From a virus, in the IMG/VR virus record IMGVR_UViG_3300030116_003110, positions 7,910-71,909 of that record: DNA of 64,000 bases. The stretch is one strand, 5' to 3'. A model generated the notes under the pieces. The model was given only the letters and a program-made list of their open reading frames with translations, did not search any database and was not told the origin of the DNA. Numbering within the stretch: the stretch's first letter is position 1; each line of letters starts with the position of its first letter. The position numbers and the translations under genes are program-made. This document shows positions 38,162 through 46,815 of this stretch, one piece after another.

Positions 38162-38976
38162 AACCAATTATTATTATTCCTGCACGTTATAACTCTAGTC
38201 GTTTTCCCGGAAAGATGCTAGAGAAGCTTGGTGGCAAGACTGTACTAGAGCAGACTATTGAAACTGGTAAACGCACTGGCCTTCCTGTCTATGTTGCTAC
38301 AGACAATCGTGAGATTGCTAATCTGTGTATTAAGATTAATCAGGAATATGTTATGACTGATACTGATCACAAGAACGGCACAGAACGTGTAGCAGAAGCT
38401 ATGGTCAAACTGATTGATAAGCATGGTCAAGACTTTGCAAGTGACTTTGATTATGTAATTAATCTACAAGGTGACTCGCCACTCATTCCTGATTATGTTT
38501 TCAAAATGATGATGGAAGAGTATGAGACACTGTTTGTAAATGACATGCCGTTTGATGTTATCACGCCTACCTTCCGCATGCCTATGGAGACAGCAGAACG
38601 TTTCCTTGACTGCCGTGCTGAAGGTAAGGCTGGCGGTACAACTGTAGTTGCAGACAAAACTGGACGTGCAATTTATTTCTCCAAAGAGATGATCCCCTAT
38701 GGTGCTGATCTTACTAATGTCCGGTCTGCATCCGAAAAGATTCCAATGTACTACCATATTGGAATGTATGCTTACAAACCATCTGCACTCTTTGAGTATT
38801 CACAGATGGAAGAGACTGCACTGGAAAAGACTGAAGGTCTGGAACAGTTGCGTTTTGTAGAGAATGGTTATCATGTTCATTGTATGAAAATGAATCCTCT
38901 ACACTTTGACTTCTGGGAAGTGAACAATCCAGAAGATATTGAGATTGTAGAAAATAGTTTGCATCACGTTAGATAG
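38152..38976 (+). CDS. kdsB: CMP-KDO synthetase
   Basis: IPARYNSSRFPGK, VATD, GTERVAEA, NLQGD, YFS, HIGMYAY, LEKTEGLEQLR. Confidence 0.95.
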   Translation: MRLKPIIIIPARYNSSRFPGKMLEKLGGKTVLEQTIETGKRTGLPVYVATDNREIANLCIKINQEYVMTDTDHKNGTERVAEAMVKLIDKHGQDFASDFDYVINLQGDSPLIPDYVFKMMMEEYETLFVNDMPFDVITPTFRMPMETAERFLDCRAEGKAGGTTVVADKTGRAIYFSKEMIPYGADLTNVRSASEKIPMYYHIGMYAYKPSALFEYSQMEETALEKTEGLEQLRFVENGYHVHCMKMNPLHFDFWEVNNPEDIEIVENSLHHVR

Positions 38977-39010
38977 GGGGCTTGACTGCCCCCTTTTTTT
39001 GTGTTAGATT
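38975..39010 (+). promoter_or_regulatory. Composite terminator hairpin and sigma70 promoter
   Basis: agggggc-ttgact-gccccct plus T tract; TTGACT-N17-TAGATT with TG extension. Confidence 0.7.
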
Positions 39011-39023
39011 AGATTTGTAACTA

Positions 39024-39581
39024 TTGGAAATTTATCAAATGAAAACCATGATGAATGAAATCTTTTCTTCTGATTTGATGACTAACTATATCAATGAAAA
39101 GAACTTTGATCCTTGGGTGGGAACACCCTTTGAGGGGTATCGTCATATGACACCCAAAGCTAAGGGTAACTATGGTGAAGTTTTTGTTGAGCAGTGGTTC
39201 ACAAAAAATGGCTCTAAAGTAGAACCTCCCGTTAATGTTGGTCATGATCGCCGGGTTGATGATCACAAAGTTGAGATTAAAATTTCTCTCGCCAAAACAT
39301 ATAGAAACAAGAGACATATAAATGATGATCACTTTATGATGAATCATGTTTCTCAAAACAAAGATTGGGATCGGTTGGTTTTTGTTGGTGTGAATAAAAA
39401 TAAAAAGTCTTATATGAAGTGGATGTCTAAGCAGTCTTTTCGTGAAATCATAGATAAGGGACTGTATTTCTATCATCAGCAAGGCGGTCAATCTATTGGA
39501 AATGATGACTGGATGTGTTCTGATAAAAAACTAATTGAACTTTTAAACTCTGAATATATGAAAAGTATGGATGAGTGGTGA
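39024..39581 (+). CDS. PD-(D/E)xK nuclease-like protein
   Basis: KGNYGE...GHD...VEIK; true start probably 39039. Confidence 0.6.
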   Translation: MEIYQMKTMMNEIFSSDLMTNYINEKNFDPWVGTPFEGYRHMTPKAKGNYGEVFVEQWFTKNGSKVEPPVNVGHDRRVDDHKVEIKISLAKTYRNKRHINDDHFMMNHVSQNKDWDRLVFVGVNKNKKSYMKWMSKQSFREIIDKGLYFYHQQGGQSIGNDDWMCSDKKLIELLNSEYMKSMDEW

Positions 39582-40507
39582 AATATTCTCTGACCATATT
39601 TAAAAATGTATATGATAACAAGACGCATAGACGTATGGACTTTGACACTTGGCAAGGTCTAGAAGACTTACTGTTTGAGTTATCTAAAAAGAAAGGACAA
39701 AAGGGTGGAAGTGATTCTTCTCCTTTGCTTAGCCCTGCTATCTTCAAATCCTCTACGACTCGCTCTAACGATAACGTTTTGGGTTGGGGCAACTGGTGTT
39801 GTATTGATGTTGATGATTTTGATGGTAGCATTGATACCGTTCTAGAACCACTCAAACAATACTACTATGTCTGTTACTCTACAGCATCATCTACAGAAGA
39901 CAAACCAAAGTTTCGTGTAGTCTTTCCTTTGACTGATATGGTTCCAGCATCTCGTATCAAAGAGTTTTGGCACTCTATCAATAATCTTGCCTTGGATGTT
40001 GTAGATGCACAGACCAAAGACTTGTGCCGTATGTACTATGTCCCTGCTCAGTATCCAAATGCCCATAACTTTATCTTCAAGAATGAAGGTGAACATATCA
40101 ATCCCTTTGAACTGATGAAGCAGTTCCCTTCTCATGTTGGCAACCGCAAAAAGAAGTTCATTGATACTCTTCCCAAGCCTTTACAGGTAGAAGTTATTAA
40201 CTATCGCAAGAATCAGTTAGACAATATTGTTACATGGAAATCTTATCGGGACTGTAAGTTCTTCCCACAAGATATGGGTAAAGAGTATATTGCTAATGCT
40301 GGTGTAGAGAATGGTGGTAACTTTTTCCGTCTCTATCGCATTATGGTGTCTATTGCTGCTAGTGCTATCAAGGCAGAATATCCTATCACGTCTTTTGAGA
40401 TTGTAGAGTTGTGTAGAGAACTAGACAACGATTGTGGTAGCATATATAAGTCACGAAACATGGAAGCAGAGGCGGAACACGCCTTGTCTTATGCACTGAA
40501 AGGTTAA
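39575..40507 (+). CDS. AEP/PrimPol-like primase
   Basis: CIDVD (DxD), YSTASS..KFRVVFPL, D..RMYYVP; helical C-terminal domain. Confidence 0.65.
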   Translation: MVKYSLTIFKNVYDNKTHRRMDFDTWQGLEDLLFELSKKKGQKGGSDSSPLLSPAIFKSSTTRSNDNVLGWGNWCCIDVDDFDGSIDTVLEPLKQYYYVCYSTASSTEDKPKFRVVFPLTDMVPASRIKEFWHSINNLALDVVDAQTKDLCRMYYVPAQYPNAHNFIFKNEGEHINPFELMKQFPSHVGNRKKKFIDTLPKPLQVEVINYRKNQLDNIVTWKSYRDCKFFPQDMGKEYIANAGVENGGNFFRLYRIMVSIAASAIKAEYPITSFEIVELCRELDNDCGSIYKSRNMEAEAEHALSYALKG

Positions 40508-40509
40508 GC

Positions 40510-42021
40510 ATGAAAATAGTTAGTGTTGGGTCTAGTGGTCATGATGCTAGTTATGCATTTTTTGATACTGACCTAAAAGACCCTATAGAATTTGCTTCTG
40601 CTACTGAAAGATATAACAGAGAAAAAAAGTCTAAACATTGGCCCAAACAGTGTACAACTGCAATTCTCAATAGAGACTATGATATTATGGTTTCAAATCA
40701 GAGTAAAATGTTTGCACTTAAGTATTGCCCCAATGAAATACTTAACGAGATTTCACATTGGATGGACCACCATGAAGCGCATGTTGCTAGTGCTTTTTAC
40801 ACTAGACCTTGGGAATCCTATGAAGATACTGTAATAATGGTGATTGATGGTCAAGATGGTCCGAGCGTTAATCAAGGTTATAGTAGATTAATTTCAAATA
40901 GTATTTGGAAATATGATGGTGAAAAGTTTATAAAAATTCATGAAGATTTTTCTGCACATGGCGGGGTATATAAACTAATATCTGGCACTTGGCTTGGACT
41001 TGGACATAATCAAGAGGGTACTGCTATGGCGTTGCATGCTCTTGGAGAATATAATGAATTATATGCTGAGATGTATGAACATCTCAGACAACATCATATC
41101 GCTAAAAGAAACGATGTTCTTAGAAATTCTGATAAAAGATTTGTTTTTGATAAAACAGGTTTGAAAACAATTGAAAAATATTTTCCTAAAAAAGCACTGA
41201 GAGCGAAACATAATTTAGATTTAATACTTTCAAAGACTGATCCCAATTGGCAAGCAAATCTTGCTCACACTATGCAAAAAATTATTATGGATCATATGGT
41301 AGAATATGCCACTCTTGCAAGAAAACATGGTTCTAAACTTTGCTTTGCTGGCGGTGTTGCTCAAAATATTATGGGTAATAGTTTAATTCGTAATATATTT
41401 GACGATATGCATATGCCTTCTGACCCTACAGACGGCGGATTGCCTCTAGGTGCGGGTCTGCATGAGTGGAGTAAGTGCACAGGAAAAAATAGAATTAATT
41501 TGGATAATGCATACCTTGGTTATGATATCAAGCAAAATGTTAATCCTAAGCAAGTAGTAGATTATATTTTAAAACACAAAGTTTGTGGTATAGCTAATGG
41601 TAAAGCTGAATGGGGACCAAGGGCATTAGGTAATCGTTCTCTTATTGGTGATGTTAGATATGATATTAAAGATACCGTTAACAAAATTAAAAGAAGACAA
41701 TATTATAGACCTTTTGGTCCGGTAATCTTGGAAGAAGAATTTGACAAATGGTTTGAAGGACATACTAATGGGTATATGCAGTATGTGTGCAAACCAAAAC
41801 ATGAACACAAATCTGTTATTCATATAGATGGAACTTCCAGAGTGCAAACTGTTACTTCTAACTCAAAGTCTGTGATTAGACCTATTTTAGAAGAATATTA
41901 TGAACGCACTGGTGTCCCAATGCTTTTAAACACTTCCCTAAATATCAAAGGACAACCAATGGTAAATGATGAAAATCATGCCAGAGACTTTGAAAAAGAA
42001 TATGGGGTTAAAGTTTTTTAA
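40510..42021 (+). CDS. Carbamoyltransferase (NodU/CmcH family)
   Basis: GHDAS, ERYNR, HHEAH, AGGVAQN, EWGPRALGNRS, RPFGP, DGTSRVQTV, LLNTSLN. Confidence 0.92.
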   Translation: MKIVSVGSSGHDASYAFFDTDLKDPIEFASATERYNREKKSKHWPKQCTTAILNRDYDIMVSNQSKMFALKYCPNEILNEISHWMDHHEAHVASAFYTRPWESYEDTVIMVIDGQDGPSVNQGYSRLISNSIWKYDGEKFIKIHEDFSAHGGVYKLISGTWLGLGHNQEGTAMALHALGEYNELYAEMYEHLRQHHIAKRNDVLRNSDKRFVFDKTGLKTIEKYFPKKALRAKHNLDLILSKTDPNWQANLAHTMQKIIMDHMVEYATLARKHGSKLCFAGGVAQNIMGNSLIRNIFDDMHMPSDPTDGGLPLGAGLHEWSKCTGKNRINLDNAYLGYDIKQNVNPKQVVDYILKHKVCGIANGKAEWGPRALGNRSLIGDVRYDIKDTVNKIKRRQYYRPFGPVILEEEFDKWFEGHTNGYMQYVCKPKHEHKSVIHIDGTSRVQTVTSNSKSVIRPILEEYYERTGVPMLLNTSLNIKGQPMVNDENHARDFEKEYGVKVF

Positions 42022-42623
42022 TGAAATATGATAGTCCATGGCCACATATGATTGTGGATGATTTTTTAGAAAAAGAAGACATTGATTCACTTTTAAAAGA
42101 AGCAGAAAATATTTTAGAACTTGGTGAAAAGCCAACAGTGCGTCACCGATTACTGTGTCATTGGGATTGTGCAAGTAATACAGTTAAATCAAAAGTAGAT
42201 TTGAATGAAGATATTAATTTTCGTGGTGCGTATGTTAGTGAGGTAGAACATTTACCAAAAAAGTATGAACCAAAATTGAAAAAAATATATAAACAATTCA
42301 AAGAAAAATCTCCAAAGCATACATCTGTGTTAATGGAATTAATGATTTGCAATGAAAAATTTCAATATAAAATTCATGATGAAAGTCCATATAAACTTTT
42401 AAGTACAGTAACTTATATTTCAAAAGATGAAAATAACGGCACGACAATGTACACTTCCGAAGAAGATGAATATTCTAATCCAGAAAAAAAGGTTGAGTGG
42501 TTGCAAAACAGATGCTTTATTTTTTCAGGAGAAAGAGGTAGGACTTGGCATGCCTTTTCTTCTAATGGGAAAAATATCAGGATTACTTTAAATTTATTTT
42601 TAACAGAAGATAAAAGCATATGA
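42021..42623 (+). CDS. 2OG-Fe(II) oxygenase
   Basis: PWPHMIVDDFL, IHDE, GT, TWH, RIT. Confidence 0.8.
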   Translation: MKYDSPWPHMIVDDFLEKEDIDSLLKEAENILELGEKPTVRHRLLCHWDCASNTVKSKVDLNEDINFRGAYVSEVEHLPKKYEPKLKKIYKQFKEKSPKHTSVLMELMICNEKFQYKIHDESPYKLLSTVTYISKDENNGTTMYTSEEDEYSNPEKKVEWLQNRCFIFSGERGRTWHAFSSNGKNIRITLNLFLTEDKSI

Positions 42624-43366
42624 TTAAAATTATTAAAAATGCAATGGATCAAACTGATTTTAATGGATTACTTGATTTTGTGACCGCATTTGATCAACTA
42701 CAAAGACTTCAGGAATGGAAAAGCTTTGGTAAATTCTGGCATATGAATCCGAAAGACAGAGAAAAATTTTTTGATGAATCTACCGATTCTCCAACGTATC
42801 TTTCTTTGCACTTCTGTAAAGACCTTACACCACTTTTAATGAAATCTTGTGCATTTTCAAGTCGCAATAATCAAGACAAGTTTTATGATTCTAGAACTGA
42901 TGAGAATAGTCATAGACATAGTATTTTTAGACCAGAGGGCGAGACAGGACACTTCTATTACAAAAACACTAAAGACCTACTTCTTACCTTCAACCCCTTT
43001 GTTGAAATAATGTGGGAATGTAAAGGAGAAAGTACTCCTAGAAGTTTTGAAATATCATTTTGTCACCAAAAAGATAATATCAGTTTTGAATCATACAATG
43101 TAGATTTATCTGATGAACATGAGCAACCTTGGGAAGCATATAATTTTGGTTGGTTGAATACTGAGGAAGTTCCTGTTACTGTAAAAATTGAACAGGAAGA
43201 AATTACTCTAGAACCTAATACCCTTGTGATTTCAGATAAGATCATTGAACTAGCAACTCCATCTGAAGATTTTGTGTTTAGTATCAAATTTTATCTGACA
43301 AACGGCACAGACAAATTGATTGATCATAATCATGAAGCGTTTGTTATCGTGGAAGATTTTAAATAA
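42620..43366 (+). CDS. Hypothetical protein
   Basis: 248-aa ORF coupled by ATGA overlap. Confidence 0.65.
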   Translation: MIKIIKNAMDQTDFNGLLDFVTAFDQLQRLQEWKSFGKFWHMNPKDREKFFDESTDSPTYLSLHFCKDLTPLLMKSCAFSSRNNQDKFYDSRTDENSHRHSIFRPEGETGHFYYKNTKDLLLTFNPFVEIMWECKGESTPRSFEISFCHQKDNISFESYNVDLSDEHEQPWEAYNFGWLNTEEVPVTVKIEQEEITLEPNTLVISDKIIELATPSEDFVFSIKFYLTNGTDKLIDHNHEAFVIVEDFK

Positions 43367-43371
43367 AATTC

Positions 43372-43433
43372 TATACGATAGTTGAAAAAAAGGCTTGCAA
43401 TCTTTCTCCAAAGTGATTATATTAAGTATGTAA
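43372..43433 (+). promoter_or_regulatory. Putative early promoter with conserved upstream element
   Basis: TATACGATAGTTGAAAAAAA..GGC-TTGCAA-N17-TATATT-AAGTATGTAA; near-identical elements at 54447-54519. Confidence 0.8.
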
Positions 43434-43451
43434 CAGAGAGAAAGAAACGTT

Positions 43452-43637
43452 ATGCTTAATCGTATCCCCCTCAACGTTAAGTCTTTGCAGAAGATTGATG
43501 CCCACCTTGACCTTGTAGATGAGCTGCTTGTTAAGATGGACCTCCCACGTTCTGTAAAGCACAGTCTGTCCAAGTACACTTATGAAATGTATGCTGCACT
43601 AGAAGCGGCAGTAGATGAGTACACTCCCTCCAACTAA
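43452..43637 (+). CDS. Small early hypothetical protein
   Basis: First ORF after the putative early promoter. Confidence 0.65.
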   Translation: MLNRIPLNVKSLQKIDAHLDLVDELLVKMDLPRSVKHSLSKYTYEMYAALEAAVDEYTPSN

Positions 43638-43649
43638 AGGGTAATAGTT

Positions 43650-44015
43650 ATGAAATATAAAGTTCTTCAAATCCAGCTCACCGATGCTGAAGTTGATATG
43701 GTCAATGAAGGCGTGCAGGTTCGCAAGCATGTACTCAAGACTCACATGTTTGGTAAGAAAGTTGTTTCAAACGCCTCTAAGGCCTTGGAGTTGGGTTATT
43801 ACGATCATGTAATGACTGTTGATGCTAACCGCCTTGAAGATGTATATGCCATTGGCAACTTTATGCATGAGCGTGACCTTGATAAAGTTCAGGTGCATGG
43901 CACTTTCTCTTCCGTCTCTGTAGGTGACGTGGTTGTAGATGAAAACGGTTGGGGGTTCGTAGTTGATATGTTCGGATATGAAATGCTCCCTGAGAAAATT
44001 GAAAAGGGAGTATAG
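43650..44015 (+). CDS. Early hypothetical protein
   Basis: SVSVGDVVV motif (YodL-like). Confidence 0.7.
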   Translation: MKYKVLQIQLTDAEVDMVNEGVQVRKHVLKTHMFGKKVVSNASKALELGYYDHVMTVDANRLEDVYAIGNFMHERDLDKVQVHGTFSSVSVGDVVVDENGWGFVVDMFGYEMLPEKIEKGV

Positions 44016-44017
44016 CA

Positions 44018-44242
44018 ATGATGGAACATCTTGTAAATCGTATCATCCGTGATAACACTTGTGTTATTGAAGGTTCTGTAGATGAACTGCATGAGGCATG
44101 GCGTTATGTTCGGCAATGGGTTATGGAAGAAGAGTGTAAAGAACGTAAGATTGACCATGCATGGATTCGTCAGTTGAATGATGCAGAACATGCTATCAGT
44201 GAACGTGTAAAAGAACTGACAGCAGCAGGACGGCAATATTAA
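44018..44242 (+). CDS. Small early hypothetical protein
   Basis: GGAG RBS. Confidence 0.65.
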   Translation: MMEHLVNRIIRDNTCVIEGSVDELHEAWRYVRQWVMEEECKERKIDHAWIRQLNDAEHAISERVKELTAAGRQY

Positions 44243-44272
44243 TTTTTTTTTGAAAAAAGTTCATTTTAGGTC

Positions 44273-44310
44273 TTGACATTTACTCCATTAATCACTATAT
44301 TAATAGTGTA
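44273..44310 (+). promoter_or_regulatory. Putative early promoter
   Basis: TTGACA-N17-TATATT-AATAGTGTAA with upstream TTGAAAAAA tract. Confidence 0.8.
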
Positions 44311-44335
44311 AGAGAGAGAAAGGAAAAAGGAGTAA

Positions 44336-44464
44336 ATGAAAAACCTTCTCAAAAAACTAAACCAAGTTGACGAAACTACGCTCATGGCGTTTGTCGTCAT
44401 TTCTGCGCCTGCTTCTATGGTAGCCGCAGTTGCTATCATTACTATTCAACTTCTTCTCAAGTAA
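44336..44464 (+). CDS. 42-aa single-TM peptide absent from the ORF track
   Basis: AAGGAG RBS; MKNLLKKLNQVDETTLMAFVVISAPASMVAAVAIITIQLLLK. Confidence 0.6.
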   Translation: MKNLLKKLNQVDETTLMAFVVISAPASMVAAVAIITIQLLLK

Positions 44465-44474
44465 CGGAGAAACT

Positions 44475-44759
44475 ATGACTATCGCTAAAACCATCCTTGC
44501 ACAAATCAAAATCGCTGACCCTTGGGCTATGGGCGCATGGGGTGCTAAACAACTTGTCGCTAAAGAAGATGGTCTTCAGTTCAAGACTAGTGGTATGGTT
44601 AAGTGGAAAGGTATTGTTCAAGTCATCTATGATGCTGCCCTTGACCTTTACAACGTTGAATTCGGTCGGATTCGGAAGTATGAATACAAAGTTGACAAGA
44701 AGATTGAAGGCGTTTACGCTGATCAACTTGTAGAACTGATTGACGGCCAAGTGGGGTAA
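44475..44759 (+). CDS. Early hypothetical protein
   Basis: GGAG RBS; IAKTILAQI...DLYNVEF...GVYADQL pattern. Confidence 0.75.
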   Translation: MTIAKTILAQIKIADPWAMGAWGAKQLVAKEDGLQFKTSGMVKWKGIVQVIYDAALDLYNVEFGRIRKYEYKVDKKIEGVYADQLVELIDGQVG

Positions 44760-44763
44760 AAAT

Positions 44764-45000
44764 ATGTTTGAAGTAATCTATCGTTTTACCAACATCAACG
44801 AACAGTTTGAAGATGTTCGGTGTGATGTGTTTGACACCATTGAAGAAGCTCGGGAGTACATTCTAGAGCAGTTTGATGGTTTGATTGAAGGCACTACCGA
44901 TGATGAAACTGGTAAAACTATGGTTGAGGAAGAAGGTTGGTACGAAAACTTCATTCTTGACAAATATGAGATTCGTAAGATGGAGGTGACTCTCAACTAA
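44764..45000 (+). CDS. Small acidic hypothetical protein
   Basis: ORF with FDTIEEAREY motif. Confidence 0.65.
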   Translation: MFEVIYRFTNINEQFEDVRCDVFDTIEEAREYILEQFDGLIEGTTDDETGKTMVEEEGWYENFILDKYEIRKMEVTLN

Positions 45001-45008
45001 TATAAATA
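45001..45008 (+). promoter_or_regulatory. T4-type late promoter driving the tmRNA
   Basis: Exact TATAAATA. Confidence 0.8.
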
Positions 45009-45012
45009 ATCT

Positions 45013-45285
45013 TGTTCGTTGATGAAGCGAGCGGAACGTATGCAGGACCGGGGGGCAGTACCCCGCTGGTCCACCATAAGGGTATCAAGGTATCTTTGTG
45101 ATGGGCCAGAACTAGGATCGACTGGTGCGGGATGTGAGTGGAGACAAACCGATTGATACCGTAAGTATCAAATTAAAGTAAGAGCAAACAATTATGTAGC
45201 TCCTTCTCGTTACGCTCTCGCAGCGTAATCTGAGTTGGGTTCGTATCGGGGAACCTAGAAACAGAAGGGGGGCAATATGCCCCCT
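45013..45285 (+). ncRNA. ssrA: Circularly permuted (two-piece) tmRNA; tag ANNYVAPSRYALAA; ends approximate
   Basis: Acceptor piece with T-arm CGGGG-GGCAGTA-CCCCG and CTGGTCC-A-CCA (ends 45076) precedes coding piece GGGCCAG-AACTAGGATCGAC (45103); G3.U70 pair; tag frame 45184-45228. Confidence 0.93.
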
Positions 45286-45292
45286 ACTCGAT

Positions 45293-45781
45293 TCAATTTG
45301 CTAACGGATTATCCAATGCTTCTTGGATTTGAGCAGACAACCTATCATCAACCTCTTTGATCTTTCTGTCTGTCTCACCATACAACGCATCACGTTTTCT
45401 ATCAAATCGTTCATCCGCTGCATCTATCATATCTCTGACTTCAGTTTCAGTTTCTCGCATATCATCTTCTAGTCTATCAACTAATGTTTCAATACGAGTA
45501 ACATCATCTTTCAAATCATTTTTAATCTGTCTGGCATAGTCAGTTGCTTGGATAACAGAGTCTTCTGTGCTAACCATCTTCTGCTCTATGACAGATAGTT
45601 GTTCTTGGAATCCGCTGAGATCAGGTGCTACATATGATTGGATCATTTCTTTCATGTCCATGTAGTCTTTGTAAACTTCAAAGCCACCATACAAACCACC
45701 CACAAGGGTTGATAGACCCATAGCAACAGCTACCATTCTACCACCCTTGAACTTGATCCCAGCAAATTCTATTTCTGCCAT
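45293..45781 (-). CDS. N-terminal TM plus coiled-coil protein
   Basis: Hydrophobic segment near residues 16-35, then long heptad-like acidic region. Confidence 0.8.
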   Translation of the reverse strand: MAEIEFAGIKFKGGRMVAVAMGLSTLVGGLYGGFEVYKDYMDMKEMIQSYVAPDLSGFQEQLSVIEQKMVSTEDSVIQATDYARQIKNDLKDDVTRIETLVDRLEDDMRETETEVRDMIDAADERFDRKRDALYGETDRKIKEVDDRLSAQIQEALDNPLAN

Positions 45782-45782
45782 T

Positions 45783-46109
45783 TTACTTCTTCATTCCTTC
45801 AATACCTTCCTTCGCATAGAATGCCGCTACAATAGCAGCAACCGATACAAAGTAAGTTGGGGCAATATCTTTTAGCAGACCAGAAGCAGTCTCCTGACCT
45901 ATGAGAGAGGATACAATAATAGCAAAAGGATAGAGCAGCATACCAGCAAGAGCAAACCACGCCATGCCTCTTTGAGCATCCTGTTTTTTATCGTCGTTTT
46001 CAATTTGGAGCATTCGCTCCGCTTTAGCCATTTCTTCATCTGTTACAATACCGTCGCCGTCTTCATCAAATTGATTGTAGATGGAATCTTTTTGTAACGT
46101 CTTAGCCAA
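45783..46109 (-). CDS. EF-hand-like, two-TM membrane protein (holin-like topology)
   Basis: DEDGDGIVTDEE loop followed by two hydrophobic segments. Confidence 0.75.
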   Translation of the reverse strand: MAKTLQKDSIYNQFDEDGDGIVTDEEMAKAERMLQIENDDKKQDAQRGMAWFALAGMLLYPFAIIVSSLIGQETASGLLKDIAPTYFVSVAAIVAAFYAKEGIEGMKK

Positions 46110-46347
46110 TGGAACCTCCTAAGCCTTGCATTGCTGATGTTAATTGTGGTGCAAAAGAAGATGCAGCCCACAGCATAAGTGCAATAGCACCTACACCGAT
46201 AACTACCCACTTCATCTTCATATCATCTACACTCATTTTAATACCAATAAGTTCATTACTCAAAATGCGCAGAGATAATTCCATCTTACCTTCTGGCATA
46301 TCAATTGGAACTTGTGGTTCCTGATTTGGTTTTTGCTCTTCAGCCAT
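46102..46347 (-). CDS. Small single-TM protein
   Basis: WVVIGVGAIALMLWAA; coupled to both neighbours. Confidence 0.7.
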   Translation of the reverse strand: MAEEQKPNQEPQVPIDMPEGKMELSLRILSNELIGIKMSVDDMKMKWVVIGVGAIALMLWAASSFAPQLTSAMQGLGGSIG

Positions 46348-46805
46348 TATTTTATTCCTTCATCTAAAATATCTTCTAAAATAACAACACCCTTGTTAAC
46401 CAGTCTTTCTCTATTGGAAAGGTGCATTGCTTGAATATCATCTTTATTTTGACCATGATATGCAACTGCATGGCCTTCTTCAATCATAACTTCAGTCAGT
46501 AGTTTCTTGTCTGGACTTACATAGAAGTCACCAAGAATTCTACCAAACTTACCTTTCATATCTTCACCGTCTTTTGCTGCAAATGTTTTCAGAATTACAT
46601 TTGATTGTAATAATTCTTTAACCCTTTCTTTTGCTGCAAGACCGAATAACTTTTCAACCGGATCACGGGTTCTAGATTCTGGTGTATCAATGCCCATGAT
46701 ACGAACACGTTCATTTTTGAGCCAAACACCAAACCCTAGATCAATGTCAACATCAACTGTGTCTCCGTCAACTACTTTGATCAAGTTTGCTTTATACTCG
46801 TACAT
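46347..46805 (-). CDS. Thermonuclease (SNase family)
   Basis: VVDGDT, RVRIMGIDTPE, GKFGRILG, EGHA. Confidence 0.9.
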   Translation of the reverse strand: MYEYKANLIKVVDGDTVDVDIDLGFGVWLKNERVRIMGIDTPESRTRDPVEKLFGLAAKERVKELLQSNVILKTFAAKDGEDMKGKFGRILGDFYVSPDKKLLTEVMIEEGHAVAYHGQNKDDIQAMHLSNRERLVNKGVVILEDILDEGIK

Positions 46806-46815
46806 TTTTTTACTC

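Noticed and set aside
45046-45076. Apparent truncated tRNA or attachment-site remnant ending in CCACCA
   Set aside because: It is the acceptor half of the permuted tmRNA; its pairing partner lies at 45103-45109.
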